Assembly (NCBI GenBank): GCA_900088475.1
Contig: FLMG01000761.1
Coordinates: forward strand, 1-64,000
DNA length: 64,000 nucleotides
Source: Hyphochytrium catenoides
Taxonomy: Eukaryota > Protista > Hyphochytriomycota
Direction: 5' to 3'
Shown here: in pieces, positions 1 through 13,653 of the stretch
Layout: each line of letters opens with the position of its first letter
Numbering within the stretch: the stretch's first letter is position 1
Notes under the pieces: generated by a model
What the model was told of the DNA's origin: nothing
What the model saw: only the letters and a program-made list of their open reading frames with translations
Databases searched by the model: none
Program-made: the position numbers and the translations under genes

Positions 1-289
1 GAGGTTACGAGGAGACAACATTGGTAGGTACAAGCAGGGATGAGAACAAGGAAGAGCCCGATAGAAAAGTGAGAAGGAAAGATCTAGAGCGGAGAAAAGA
101 GACAGCGGAGGAGGAGGAGACAAAGGAGACACAGCGGCATCAGAAGCCATTCTTACAATCAGCTCTCTCCCCTTTTCCGCACGTTCATAGCCGCTCTGTG
201 GCTCTCTCTCTCTCTCTCTGGCCCGCTGTTTACCCTCGCACTTCCTCCTCCTCAAGCCGCATCAGCCTCAAGCTCCACAGACAAGGACG

Positions 290-1330
290 ATGATGGCTGC
301 CAGACGCCTTATTGGAGCTCCAATGATCTCTACATCAATCTGCAGAAATCTGACTCAGCCGTCCATAAAAAAAGCAACAGTCTCTCTGGGGAGAGAGGGA
401 GGACTGCGTACGATGAAGACAGGGAAGAAGCCGAAGATTGTCTCTGGAATCTATAGACGGCCCGCGCCGAAGAGAGAAGGAGCTCAGGAGAATCAGCTCC
501 AGCAGGTGGAGGAGGCAGAAAGCGCACTGCAGCAGCGGCAGGATCCCCAATATCTATACGAGCAACCTCCTTTGAAGGAAGCAATGAAGCATGTATGGAT
601 CCCTTTCTCTCTTCGTTTGTTTCTCTCTCTCTCTCTCCCTCTCTCTCTCTCTTCTATCCCGGAGCATATCTCCTGCAGTTCAGTCTCCTTCACATTTGTC
701 TCCCTCTGTATAAACATTCTTTCTCTTTCTCTCTCCTTCCTCAGCTACTCCTTCCACCTTTCCCTTCTCTCTCCTCTCTGATTGTATTGCTATCGCCACT
801 AACGCGGGTATCTTGTCTCTTTCTTCCTCTCTCTCTCTCGCTCTCTCTCTCTGTCCTTCACTCCACATTCAACTGCTTATCTCTGTCTGTCGTGCTACCT
901 TCTGCTGCCCAGTACTTTATCTCTGGAGTCGGCGTTGCCTTGGGCTTCATGTTTATCGGCGCTCTCTTCAGAATGGTGGGAGCGGAAGAGGTAAGAAAAT
1001 GCAGCAGCGATCTCTCTCGCTCTCTTCCTCCCGCCATAAAATTGGCCTTTGAATCTCTTTCCTATATTATGTCCTCTCTCTCTCTCTCTTCTTCCTTCTA
1101 CTTTCTGATTGACAGCCTCTCCAATCCTTTGCGCATCAAGAGAGAGAACCAGTTCCCACGTTGGCGTGTTGACACTCTGTCTCTCTCTCCGCTCACAATG
1201 TATTCTCATTGTCGGCCCTTCCCCTTTCTCTTTTTCTCTGCCTCTCCCTCTCCTTTTTCTTAATCTTCAGGACAATGGTGAGCCTCAGCGCTTTGAGCTA
1301 GTCCGCCCCTCCTCTGAGGGTGAGCAGTGA
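290..1330 (+). CDS. Small single-TM protein with a mitochondrial-type N-terminal presequence (3 exons: 290-592, 913-990, 1271-1330; ~146 aa)
   Basis: GT-AG introns join in phase 0. Arg/Ser-rich N-terminus (MMAARRLIGAPMISTSICRN), Gln-rich middle and hydrophobic segment YFISGVGVALGFMFIGALFR. Confidence 0.7.
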
Positions 1331-1768
1331 AAGTAACACGAGCGGAAGCAGAAGACTATTTTCTTATAGGATGTAGAGAAAGATAAAGACAAAGAAAAGG
1401 CAAAGGAAGGAGGAAAGAGAGACGCGCACGGCAAGCAACCATGGGAAGGGGAGACACAGAGAGGAGGGGCACACTCTTTTAGTGTGCAAAGAGATATCCA
1501 GGGAAGAAAGAAAACGGCAAATCTCCCCTTGACAGTTGCGAAGAGACTGTGGTCATTGCTCACAAGCCCTGAGCAGATTGAGTGTCTCTCTCTCTCTCTC
1601 TCTCCTCCTTCTCCCTTCTGATAAAGTAATATAAATAGCGGTGGGTGTTCTCTCTCTCTCTCTCTACGAAGAGTTTCCGTCACAGTCTCGCTCTGTTCCT
1701 TTTTATCTCTCTCTCTCTTCACTTCTCAGAGGAGACCAGGACTTTGTCTCATAGTGTCTCTCTTTCAC

Positions 1769-2932
1769 TCAAGCCTTTCCCTTGTCCAGCCCCTCCTCTA
1801 TCACGTGATAGCGAAACATATTCAATGAAAGGGCGCCTCCTCTCTCCCAAAGCTCCTCCCACCTATGGAGACCAGAGGGTGGGTCCTCAGTGCTGAGGTA
1901 GGGGAAGTGGCTCCAAACCAGTTCTAGGCGCACTTTCTCTCCTCTCTCTCCCCGCAGATCTGTCTCTCTCCCGCTCAACACAGCCCCCGGTGTGACCAGA
2001 AGGCCGTACGAGGAAGATGTGGGCTCATCGGCTTCTCTTCTCAGTCTCTCGATTAGCTGAGAAGGAGACACTCCTCCAGCGAGGTCAGAGATTTGGATCC
2101 TTTCTAGAGAAGAAGCTAAGAGATTTTGTCAGTAGGGAGATACGCTGTAGACATTGGAAACAACCAAGGAAAAGGCGACGGAAAGCGGAAGAGAGAGAGA
2201 GAGCCTCCGGCCTGACATTGAGGAAGACAAACTACTACTTTGCAGGGAAAGAGAGAGACAAGAAAGACACAGGGAGATAGAAAGAGTCTAAGACTCAACA
2301 AGCGAGAACGACAAGGGAGGAGAAAGAGAGGTAGAGAGAAAGAGAAGAGCGCGCGGAGAGGAAATAGTGGAATGCAGTGTCACTAGCTGGAACTTGAGAA
2401 AGAGCTACGAGGCCGACATTTATCACGTAACTAGCCAGACAAGAGATCACCAGGGAGCGAGAGAGGTAAAATGTGGGGGAGCACACAAGGAAACGGACCT
2501 TGCTGAGAGAGAAGAAAGAGCGGAGGCATGTACGTGCGATAATAAACTGCAGAGACCGTCGTGTTCATCGCTGCCTCTCCTTTTTGCTCTCTCACGCTGT
2601 TCTTTCCTGCCGCAAGGCCGATCTCTCTGACTTTCATCACACTCTGGAGAAGTCCGCCTTGGTGCAGAACTCCATAGAAAAGCGACAGGCAGATGTTGAA
2701 GGAAATCCATAAAACCTGAAGAGGAGGTGTGAAGGACGAAGGTTGGAGAAAAGAGGAGAAAGAAAGACCTTTAGTGAGATCGGAAAGGCCAAAGAGGACA
2801 GGGAGACTTGACGTGCGAGAAGGGTGCTTCCGTTTGAATAGCTTACTATGGCTCTCAAGGAGAGAAAGGGGCGGCAGATCCTATGTATACTTTGTTTCGA
2901 TGGGAGAGAGGGGTAGAAGAAGAGGGAGTAAC

Positions 2933-2963
<31 letters not shown>

Positions 2964-3994
2964 AGTCTCTCATACCATCCACAGTCTGTGCCTGCTAAAC
3001 AGCTCCTGTCCAACCAAAAGTGAGACAGGAAGGGTGAGGGGGAGAAGGAACCGGGGCTCCTGGTGCGGAGCAAGAGACAGCAGCCCTACAGAAGTGACAA
3101 TGCAGCCGAGAAGGAGGCGCCTAATCATGCTGCCTAGTACCAGAGAAGAGAGAAAGAGAGAGAGAGAGAGAGAGACGTCAACAAAGCGCGCCTTCTTTCT
3201 CTAGCTCCTTCCCGTTGCGTCATGATTCCCTCAAGTGCCTTCCTATTGACGCTCGTCCTTTCTCTGTCTACCACTTTCCCTTGGGGCATCACTCTGGCAG
3301 CGAGTTGGGACAAAAACAATGGAAAGTCCCTTTCCCCGTACCTGATCGAAGAATGTGTGGGAGAGAGAGAACAAGGAGAGGAGAGAGGGGTCCAAATAGC
3401 AGAGGAAGGTTGACTAAGAGATGGAGGTAGTGTGGATGAATTCCATGCTCCTTGAGGTTGTCCCTGTCCATGTTATAGAGAAGATTGTTCAGAGGAGACA
3501 CAATGATATGGTAGCCCGACGCCTACGAGGACAAGAAAGGGAATGTTAGCGTTTTTCTTCCCTTTCCTCTCTCTCTCTCCTAGAATCTCCCAACGCCTCA
3601 CCCCTGCGCCCTTCCTCTCTACTTCTTTACACTGCTAATGGTAGCTGCTCGACAGCTGTTCCTCGCCTGTCTTTTTCTCTCTCTCTTTCGTTCCCATTCT
3701 TGCTTCCGTGGGGAAGTCTCAACCCGGCTCCCATGAGTCCTCTAGATCCCAGTTTCCCATTTACTTCTGCGACAAGTGTGCTGTTGCTCTTAGGCAGACC
3801 GCCACAAAGCGATTGTGTACATCGCTGACTTCTCGGTCTCTCGTTCTCTCTCTCTTCCTCTTTGTCAGTATCTCTCTTTCCTCCTGTTTCTCGTTATCTT
3901 TTGCACTCTTCATCTCAGGTCTCTTCTCTGCTTCCTCCTCATTTTCTCTCTCTCTCTCTCTCTCTCTNNNNNNNNNNNNNNNNNNNNNNNNNNN

Positions 3995-4034
<40 letters not shown>

Positions 4035-6054
4035 GCACACTCTCTCTCACTCTCTCTCCCTCACTCTCTCTTCCTTTTTCTGTTTCTCTCTCTGGCCTTC
4101 CCTGATGCGTCAAGCTCCTGTCTGCTTACCGCTTCGGAAGTAGTCTCGGATGCTCCCTGCCTCCTCCTCAACTGCCCTCTCTCTCTCTCTGCTGTCTCTC
4201 TCTCACTTTCTCTTTCTCTCTTTCTCTCTCTAGCCTTCCCTGATGCGTCAAGCTTCTGACTGCTTACCGCTTTAGAAGTAGTCTCAAATGCTCCATCTCT
4301 ATCTTTCCAATCGTTGAAGAGAACTGAGTCTCCCAGTATGAGCAGAATGGAGCCGAGAAAGAGCCCGGACAGTCCAAAGGTAATGTTTCGGAGGAGATAA
4401 AGAAGGTTCTTGACCTCAATAATCGTTGCAGGCGACTTCTCTAGCCTCCGAGCAAGTAAGAGATAGACAAAAGAAGAGGGAAAGGAACAAAAAGAGAGAA
4501 GAAGAGAGCAAAGAGCAGAAGAAAACGACGATGTGAGAGAAAGAGAGAGAGGGAAAGAGAGTTATCAGCTACGGCGACCAGCTTACTGACAAGTACAGAG
4601 AGAGAGATGTTGCTGGAGGGAAACACCTCTCACTTATTTGCGCCATCGTACCACCCTTTCTCTTCGTCCGGCTGTAGGTAAGCTCCTTATGCAGCTGTAG
4701 CACATGAAAGAGCCCCAGGGGAAGGCAGAACGCTGCGAAGGTGAAGCGAGAGAAGAGGCCGATTGCGACCAGGAAGCCCAGGGGAAAGCTTTGCCGCAGA
4801 GCACGGGAAAGAGAGGCAGCCGGAGCCTGCGTTAAGGATTGGAAGAGAGAAGAAGTGCGCGATAGTCAGGACGAGAACTGGCCCTAGAAGTGTTAGAAAG
4901 AGAGACGTGTTGCCGCGGACCTATGTGTGTCTCTCTCTCTCCTTCCCACTCATCCTCAGCCTCTTTTTTCCTTCCCTTTCTTCTGCGACTTCCGATTGGT
5001 CTCTCTTCTACCTCCTGTTCCGCATAAACAAACTCTTTCCCCATGTCACTGTCACTCTCTCTGGGTAGTCAGTAGATCGCTCACCTGAGAGCGTGTCACT
5101 GACCAGAGAGAGAGACCGAGGACCAGCGTCTCCAGAGTATTAGAGAAAGGGCGGACGAGAAAGAGAAGAGACGGCCAGGAGGAAGAGAATGTGAGAAGAG
5201 GGGCCCAATAGTCCGCTTTCATTCTGTGGGCACAAGCTACCACGACGGCGTCTGAGAACAGAGGAAGGAGTGGTGAGCGAATGACACTTGCAAGAGAACT
5301 AAGGAGGAGTGAGCAGAGAAAAGAAAGAGAAAGTGAAAAGAAAGAGAAGGGAGGGAGATAGTGAGGAAGAGAAAGAAAAGAAGAGATAGAGAGGGAGAAA
5401 AACAGACAGAGAGAAACAGAGAGAGACACAGAGAGAGAGACACACAGAGAGAGAGAGAGAATGGAAGAGAAGGAGAGAGAGAGAGAGCTAGAGCTAGAAG
5501 AGCGGAGAAGGCAAGTAAAAGCGAGAGACAAACTTGGAGATAGGCCGTTGAAAGAGAGATGTGATGTCAACAAGGGTCAGAGTTTGCTCATAGGGAGGAT
5601 GAAGGCCTTTGAGCTTTCAGAAGGGATAAAGTGGAGACAGGACCTAGGCTAGAAAGTGACACAGCAAAAATACGTGGGCACACGTCAGCGTAGGCAAGCG
5701 GAGAAAGAAAGAGAGAGAAAGTAAAAGAGAAAGAGAGCGCAGTAGAGAGGCACGGGGAGAGAGCAAAGAAAGAGAGGAGACTATGTTAAAGACATCATAA
5801 TCTGCAAGAGAGCGGTGGTGACGCGATATCGCCCAGGTGTCAAGAATAAGGGATAGACTGCCGCCCACAGGAGAGACAGCAGTGAAAAGGAAGAGAAGTC
5901 CTTAGGTTTACCTAGCAGTAGCGATAGAAGGAAGAGCCATAAGCGGGGAAGATACAGGAGAAGCGAGGGAGACACCGCCCCAGTAGGTGCAAGAGACTTA
6001 ATGGCATAGAACGGCGAGCCTACACTCAAAAACCTGTGGAAGATTGGTGACGGA

Positions 6055-6097
<43 letters not shown>

Positions 6098-6695
6098 AAA
6101 GAAGAGAGAGAGAGAGCGAGAGCGAGAGCGAGCGAGCGAGCGAGAGAGAGAGAGAGAGAGAGAGAACGAGAAGAGAAACAGAAAGAGGGGTGCGAAGGGG
6201 CATACAGAGAAAAGACAGGGGAAGGAACGACATGTTAGCTTTCTTGCACGACATATCGAGAGAGAGCTAACGGTCTCAGAATATTCGAGTCATCAGGATG
6301 TAGGCTAGGTTCAGACAGAAAAGCGGAACGGCAGAAAGAAAGCGGGAGAACAGGTAGAGAGAACAGAAAGAGAGTGCGTGTCACCAAGCAGGAGACGGCG
6401 AGTGGACCGCAGAATAGAAGAGAAAGATCAAGGACAGAACGGAAAAGACAAACGCAGGGTATAGACAGAGAGATAGGGAGAGAGAGAGATCAACGTACGG
6501 CGTACAAAGAGATCTTGCCGGCTGTGCTCCCCTAAATTCCCATGGGATACGCCCCTCAAGTCCAAGGAGAAGGCTTCCAAAGACCTCTTGGCTCTGGAAG
6601 AACTCATCCGGATGGATGTAGCCAGGAGCCCACACTGCCAGCAAGCGGAAGGCTAGCAGGAGGATATAAAGAGGAAGATAACAGCTCTTTGACAT
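1769..6695 (-). CDS. PIGZ: GPI mannosyltransferase 4 (PIG-Z/SMP3, GT22 family), multi-exon
   Basis: Family motifs in successive exons: GYIHPDEFFQSQE...PWEF (~6500-6695), SPLNNLLYN...HGIHPHYLHLLVNLPLLFGP (~3400-3500), LSLAPHQEPRFLLPL (~3050), HQGG and YYRTYMPP (~2500-2700), and YLSTEDPP before the stop at 1769. Not all internal exons were resolved. Confidence 0.88.
3968..3994. other. Assembly gap in a (CT)n tract
   Basis: N run. Confidence 0.99.
4083..4294. repeat. Diverged direct repeat (~74 bp, period 138 bp) covering a PIGZ splice donor
   Basis: Copies at 4083-4156 and 4221-4294 (gccttccctgatgcgtcaagc...tgcttaccgc...gaagtagtctc). Confidence 0.9.
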
Positions 6696-7244
6696 GATGC
6701 ACAAGGGAGAAAAGTTAAAAGGACGCTCAAGAAGCCGACAGACAAGGATATGGCGCTCTCTCCCTTTCCTCCTCGGTTTCACTTTCTACCCTTTTTCCTT
6801 TCTCTCTCAGTCTTTCTCTCTCTTTCTCTCCTTTGCTCTCTCTCTCTCTCTTTCTCTCTGTCTCTTTATATCTCTCTCTCTGTCTCTCCTTTTCTCTCTC
6901 TTCTCTCTCTCTCTTCTCTCTCCATGTGAGTCCGTCCTCACAGCGGAAGGCGGACGGCTGGAAGATGTCTTCTAGAATCTCTGTCTGGGATCTCAACGTC
7001 TGCAACTTCCTTGATTCTGAAGATTCTGCCCAAAAATCTTGGTTCCACATCTAAAAACCGCTCATCACCATAATACGGCTATCCTTGGTTATCTGATCAT
7101 TCATAAAGTATAGGGAAGTCGGTGAAAGGTTAAACCAATAGCAAACTTAGCTCTGGTAAGGTAACTTTATCTAGCTATACGCGACTAAAACAGGAACGCT
7201 GCAATTAAGCAGTAGATGAAAGCAAGACTCTATTGACAGAGAAA

Positions 7245-7285
<41 letters not shown>

Positions 7286-7471
7286 GAAGGCCCAGACATA
7301 GGTTATGGCAGAGCGAGGCTAGAGGTCAGAAGAGGCAGCGCAGGACACAAATGTGTGAAGAAGGGACCAAAAAGGTCCTTGGGAATGTATTGCTGCTGTA
7401 TAACAATGGCCTATAAACGCTTCTGTCTGTCTTAATCTACTCTCCCTATCCGTATCTCTCTCTCTCTCCGC

Positions 7472-10072
7472 TTACAGCTTGTCAAGGTAGCGGTCAAGAG
7501 GAGGCACCTCAGCAGCCAGACCCTTGCGCTTACGAGTGTTCAGTACGACCTCTGAAGCCTTGTTGTTAGCCTCCATAGGGTTACCAGGAAGAATCTGCCA
7601 ATGGTCGAAGGAGCACTGAGGGAAGGCCTTGCCGCCGGTGTTGGAGCGCAGGTCAGCGGTGAAACCGAAGGACTCCATGACAGGCAGGTAAGCTCTTAGC
7701 TGCATCATCGGAGTACCAGGGCGCTGCTCCTCAGAGAAGACATGACCACGTCTGCGAGTCAGCACACCGTAGCAGCCACCCATAGCATCCTGTGGGCACT
7801 GAATATCGCACAGATACACAGGCTCGTAGATAGCTGGCTGCGCCAGGAGCTCTGCAGCGTAACAGACACGTCTAGCGGTAGGCATGATCTGTCCCATACC
7901 ACGATGGATAGCATCAGCGTGAAGTACGACATCAAGAACGCGGAAGAGAATGCCTCTCATCTGCTCCTCGCAGAGCACACCGCTGCCAGTGGCCCACTGG
8001 AAACCACCAACCACAGACTCCTTGATCTCATTGAGGTACTGTACAGCCTTGGTAGCATCGAGGATAAGGTTAGGACCAGTGCCATCAGGACCATAAGCCC
8101 AGATCTTACGGGCCTCAGTTACATCCCAGCCGTGGTTGTCTGCAAGATAACGAGCACGAATCTTCACATCCTCACGAGGGCCAAGCTCCTTGATGCCCTC
8201 CTCCATCTCTCTGGTCAGGTCGTCACCAAGAGGCCTGCAGTTGAGGTACAGACGGTTGTGCTTGTTGGCAGACTTGGAGAGACAAACCTGGGAGGACTCT
8301 TCGGTGACAGTCTCTCTGTATGAAACGACAGGCTCAGAGATCTTGACCTCACAGCCCATGAAGTCCTCCTGAAGATCCTTCAGACAGATCTCCAGATGGA
8401 GCTCACCAGCACCAGCGATAATGTGCTCTCCACTCTCCTCAGTGTAGCAGAGAACCATAGGGTCAGACTTGGCAAGTCTCTTCATGCCCTCAACAAGCTT
8501 AGGCAGGTCGCCAGCAGACTTTGGCTCAACAGCCACACGGACGACAGGAGACACAGAGAACTTCATGGTACGGATAGTGTGGCCAGTCTCAGAGGTGGTG
8601 ATGGTACCGCTCTTCAGCAGGTACTGGTCAACACCGACAAGAGCGCAAGTGTTACCCACAGGGATATCAGGCACCTGCTCCACATATCTGCCCATCATAA
8701 TAACAGTACGCTGGATGTTCTTGACCCAGAGCTCCTGCTTCTTGCCAGGCACGTAGTTGGGGCCCAGGATACGCACCTTCTGTCCGGTAGCGATCTTGCC
8801 TGCGAAAACACGGCCGAAAGCGTAGAAACGGCCCTTGTCAGAGGTTGGAACCATCTTAGAGACGTACATGACCAGAGGTCCGTTGACGTCAGCGTTACGG
8901 ATGGCCACAGCGCACTCATCGTCAAGAGGACCGTCGTACAGGTTGTCAACACGGTAGCGCTGAGCAGCAACAGGGGAAGGAAGATGCACGACAATCATCT
9001 CCAAAATAGCATCAGCGGCAGGGAGCCACCTCTGCATGACTCTCTTCAGAAGAGGCTTTCCGGTAAGATCCTTCTCGTCTCCCTTAAGAGCCACACCAAC
9101 AGCCTTCATCATCTTCTCGTACTTGGTCTTCTTGTCGGTCATAATAGCGTCGAACATCTTGATGATAGGGTCCATGATGAACTGGCAGAAAGCACGCTTG
9201 AGCTTGCCGTTGTCAGAGTTCTTCTTCCACTTCTTGTTGTCAGCATCAAAGAACCAGTCGCCCCAGAGCTTCTCCATCATCTTGTCCTCAGGGATGCCGA
9301 ACTTGGCAGCATAGATCTTGGCGAATCTCTTAAGGGTGAAGCCCCACTGGTGGAGACCAGAACCGAAAGCAACGGTTCCCTTCTCAGGGTATACCTGCAC
9401 ATCACCAAGGAGCTCATCGTTGTAGGTAGCAATGACCACATTGACAGTCTCAATAGCACGAGAGAAAGACTGGTAGCACTCCTCAGGAGGAAGCTGAAGC
9501 TCAAGAAGAGCGCGATCAACTTTGTTGACCATAAGAACGGGCTTCACACGCTCGCTGATAGCCTGGCGCAGCACAGTCTCAGTCTGTACGCAGACACCCT
9601 CAACACAGTCAACGACCACAAGAGCACCATCCGTGACACGAAGAGCAGCAGTAACCTCAGAAGAGAAGTCAACGTGACCGGGAGAGTCGATCAAGTTGAT
9701 AAGGTAAGAGTTCTCGCTGATGTTAACAGGCTTTGAGCTGTCATCAACAGCTGCGGCTGCCTCATCAGCACCGCCGCCCAAAGCAGCCTCAGCTGCAGCA
9801 TGAGCAACCTTCTCACCAGCGTCCATATCGTACTCAAAGAACATTGAGATACCGGTGGACTTGATGGTGATACATCTGTCCTGCTCATCCTGACGAGTAT
9901 CAGTGAAGCGGGCCTCACCAGCGTTCTTTGCGGCGATAATACCAGCCTTGCTCACAAGGGAATCCGTGAGGGTAGACTTTCCGTGGTCCACATGCGCAAT
10001 GACGGACATGTTACGGATGTTCTTGGTGTAGTCCATAATCTGGCGAAGCTGCTCAACGGTGAAGTTCACCAT
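7472..10072 (-). CDS. EEF2: Eukaryotic translation elongation factor 2 (866 aa, intronless CDS)
   Basis: [15 protein letters not shown]-loop, [20 protein letters not shown], diphthamide loop [11 protein letters not shown] and C-terminal YLDKL. Confidence 0.99.
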   Translation of the reverse strand: MVNFTVEQLRQIMDYTKNIRNMSVIAHVDHGKSTLTDSLVSKAGIIAAKNAGEARFTDTRQDEQDRCITIKSTGISMFFEYDMDAGEKVAHAAAEAALGGGADEAAAAVDDSSKPVNISENSYLINLIDSPGHVDFSSEVTAALRVTDGALVVVDCVEGVCVQTETVLRQAISERVKPVLMVNKVDRALLELQLPPEECYQSFSRAIETVNVVIATYNDELLGDVQVYPEKGTVAFGSGLHQWGFTLKRFAKIYAAKFGIPEDKMMEKLWGDWFFDADNKKWKKNSDNGKLKRAFCQFIMDPIIKMFDAIMTDKKTKYEKMMKAVGVALKGDEKDLTGKPLLKRVMQRWLPAADAILEMIVVHLPSPVAAQRYRVDNLYDGPLDDECAVAIRNADVNGPLVMYVSKMVPTSDKGRFYAFGRVFAGKIATGQKVRILGPNYVPGKKQELWVKNIQRTVIMMGRYVEQVPDIPVGNTCALVGVDQYLLKSGTITTSETGHTIRTMKFSVSPVVRVAVEPKSAGDLPKLVEGMKRLAKSDPMVLCYTEESGEHIIAGAGELHLEICLKDLQEDFMGCEVKISEPVVSYRETVTEESSQVCLSKSANKHNRLYLNCRPLGDDLTREMEEGIKELGPREDVKIRARYLADNHGWDVTEARKIWAYGPDGTGPNLILDATKAVQYLNEIKESVVGGFQWATGSGVLCEEQMRGILFRVLDVVLHADAIHRGMGQIMPTARRVCYAAELLAQPAIYEPVYLCDIQCPQDAMGGCYGVLTRRRGHVFSEEQRPGTPMMQLRAYLPVMESFGFTADLRSNTGGKAFPQCSFDHWQILPGNPMEANNKASEVVLNTRKRKGLAAEVPPLDRYLDKL

Positions 10073-10082
10073 GGTTCCTTAG

Positions 10083-10179
10083 CTGCTTAACGTCCAAAGG
10101 ACAGACTCTCTTCTCTACTGATGGGAAAAGGGAAATAAGAAATCTGCAGATTGCCAATGAAGCTTCGCTTGCTTCGTAC
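10083..10179 (-). other. Probable 5'-UTR intron of eEF2
   Basis: Minus-strand GTACGA...TTAAGCAG ends 10 nt before the ATG; a CT tract lies upstream. Confidence 0.55.
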
Positions 10180-13100
10180 TTGGCAAGATCGAGAGTTATC
10201 TATCTGTAGGCCAAGTGGCTGGTGAAAGGCGAACAAGCGGGAGGAGAGAGAGAGAGAGAGAGCGAGGAATTGGGCCGCGGCAGCTTTGTAGAGCACTTCC
10301 TGCCCTCCGTGAGCCGTAAGCCCTTGCCTGTCTTTTCTGTGGTCACCAGGAGCCAAGAATCTTTCTTGACCACCCATCCTTAAACACACCTTTACTCAGA
10401 CCCATACCGCGATAATGAAGTGCTTTTACAGTGTAGCTTAGGTAGTGTGTGTCAGGTTGTGCTGTGTGTTATTTGTTCTGTCTCCCACCCGTCATAGGAA
10501 TGGGATCCAATGTCCAGAAGGAGGACTAGTAGTACGCCGCAGCTACAGGGAGGAATAAGCTCATTAGGCCATGCATGGTCAGCGTAGTAATACGATACCT
10601 CCCCCATACTTGCACTTCATAGGAGGATGAGACGATCATCCCCACATTTCCTGCCTCTAGCTCTCTTTCATAGAAATTACAGTCTAGTCGTCTCAGATTC
10701 GCTCTACCTCGTTCGATAGAGCTCTGTCTCACGAAGACTATAGGAAATAGCCTCACTAATGAATTTCTTTACACACTTTATGCATCTCTCTCCTGATCTG
10801 TCTCTTGTTGATTGTTGTGCCTTCCTACAGCGGGTTGAGGTTTCTCCAGTGTTTGTCCTCTCTCTCCATCCTCTCATTCGATAAGGTTCTCACTAGCCTT
10901 CACTCTGTTTGTCTCGCAATGTTTACAGGGATTCTGGCTTGCTCGCTAGACTATCTTACTACTTCCCATAACCTAGGTTATTATGTATAAGAGCTATAAC
11001 TATTACTACAGGCCGGTGACTTTACAGTCGAAGAAGTAGTAATGAGTGTAGGCCTCAGTGCAAAACCTCTTAATCTATGTTGCAACAAATAGTAGGCAGG
11101 ACAGAACTGAATGGTTCTTGTTGGTCTGAAAGCTCCAAAGATAGCCGCTAACCGTAAATAAATTACCACAAAAGACATTGATACAACTCACAACTCCCCA
11201 TCCTAGCTGAACTTCAGCCCTACGACGACAACGCCTTTCAGCAAGATGTCGAAGTGAGATCCGCCACAGTCATGTGTTACAACTTACAAACTACAGGCCA
11301 ACGACTACAACTGCTCCCATGTACTCTTCTTCTCACTTCCATCATCACCAACGCTTCATTATTATGATGTTCTTTTGTGCAGTTGATCCGGCCTTTATTA
11401 TACCCAGAAATTAGTAAAGAGTGTTTCCTAGTTAACTACTGTTCGAAGAGCACGAAGAGATTGCAAACTACGTACCACGAAGACTAAAAAGAGAAACAAG
11501 GAAGAAGTAGAACAGTAGTAGACTAAAAAGAAAAAAGAGCAGAACAGCAAGGACGACTGTTGTCACCATCATTAGTTCGTGGTGCTGTCGTCGTCGGTAA
11601 ATAGCGCATAGGAGGTCATAATATACTGCTGCTCCGTGTAGGTTGTCCATGATCTCTCTATGTGCCTGTATCCTTGAGCAACAGCACAACCAAGTAGTAC
11701 TTCTCTCTATTAATTCCATCTATCCCCCCCGAACGTTCACTTTTATCAAAAAAGTATCTGTAGTTCTACGTGTCTTCTGCATTCCTTCCATTCATCTCTG
11801 ATAACTCTTCTTCTTCGCTGCTGCTCCTCCTTCTTCCACAGCCAGTGCAGTAACAACTAGTAGTCATCATCATCAGGTGCGGCTGAAGCGACATATTGAT
11901 GATGAGAAAGGCTTGCTCTCTTGTCCTTCTTGATCAATTATTCATGGTCTTTTCTTCTTTATTATGATAGTGGGGTTGGTTAGATGAGCAATAATACGAC
12001 TACTACTACATAAAGTGAAAGGGAGGAGGAAAAGAGGAAGGCTGTATAGCAGTAATAGAAGACTGGATAACAAGGGAGGGTGGCATCAATCAATGGCCGC
12101 TTGTGAGACGACTGATCTAATATGGTCTTATAGTTACTGTGATGTTAAAGCGTTTTTTTTGACGAGGTACAAAGATCGCATCGGCGACATCACTGCTACT
12201 CTTTCAGTTTTGCCCACCCGCGACAACATCATCACTACTACTTTGCCTGGAAGCTACTTATTTCCCGTCGTTGTTAAATGCACCACCCCATAACACTACT
12301 CCCACCATCACCACCCGAGCACCATCTCTACAGCATTACTTCTATCCCCTTCTTTTGGACTGTAGAAGCACCATACTGATGATGTAGTAGTAGTAGGACC
12401 ATTCACGACCATCTCTATCTGTTCGGCTTTTTTCTTCCCTTTTTTTTTCTCTTGTTCTTATAAAACAGGATCAGCAACGCAGTGACAGTGAGAACAACGC
12501 TGGAGCAGGAGGAAGAATGAGGAAGAGAAAAGGAGCAAAGCAAGAAGAATAGGATGATGAGAGCAAGAAGAAAGAAGACGAATCAGAATAAGAATGGATG
12601 AAGGAATGGAATGGGCTACATCAAGTGCTGGCTCTTCTTCTCCTTGGCACCATCATCGATCAGATAATAGTATGTAGTGATAGAAGATGAGGCCCTTCTG
12701 CTGACCTTGTCGCGCACCATCCAACCATACACTCAATTCTTCGACCCATGGGCGGTTATTAGCAGCAGCGGAGGTTCATTATACCGTCCCGGCCAGCAGT
12801 GCAGCAGCAGCAGCAACGAGGAGGAGGAGAAAGACTGGGTAACACCCGGTGAAGCGATGAGGTAACGGGCAACGTCATTCAGAATGAAAAAAGAATTATA
12901 TATTATCCACACTAAATGTAGAGGTCAGATTACGAATAAAGACGCTTTTAGGCTTTCAGTTCGCAGCCCCCCTTTTTGCAGTGTGAGTACCTCTTGAGAG
13001 TAGGTATGACAGGGAGCACTATTGGGCGGTATACTATCAGGTAAGAGAAGTACGAATCGCCTAAATAAACCACAAGAAGCGGCTTAGGCTCAGGGAAAAG

Positions 13101-13653
13101 ATGTGGCCAATGTGCAATAAACAGTGTTCTGCATGTAAGGCAGGCTTCACAATGGACCTATTCTCATAGGTTTTCTGTATATACCAATCTTCATCTGCAC
13201 TTGTTCGCTTTACGACCTCTGTCCACAGAGCGCCCTACGCCTGAAGTACTATATACTAACTCGAGATAGTCCCATAATTGGGACTCAATATCGCCTGTGC
13301 TGTCAGCTCTATACACCAGTCAACTGTTGCTATTTTCGTCTGAAAAGGAGGAGCTGAACTCCACAGTTTGTCCCGTGCCGCTTTACCCCTACCTCGTTGT
13401 TCTTCTTTAACAAGGAGCGCCCTTATCTCTCCACCCTAGTAGACCAACATTTGAAGCTTTCTTTACCTGCTTAGCTCTAATAGAAAAATAGCTGCGGCTG
13501 TTGGTTTCTGGCTGATTCCATCTGGCAGTGGACATAGATTCAATCGGAAGGAAGTGGTCCGGAACCCTGGCGGACGAAAGAGCTAAAAGGGTGGTTGAAC
13601 GCGTGGCAAGTGAAAGCCCTGGCACAGTGGACCCATCAGCAGCTGGCCCAAGT

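Noticed and set aside
595-7054. Many 60-220 aa SLSLSL/RERERE ORFs (also at 26-30.7 kb)
   Set aside because: Translations of (CT)n/(AG)n repeats, which lack stop codons; mostly intronic, UTR or off-frame.
7742-9736. Long + strand ORFs (193 aa and 446 aa) antisense to eEF2
   Set aside because: Shadow ORFs expected from strong codon bias in a highly expressed gene; no domain features.
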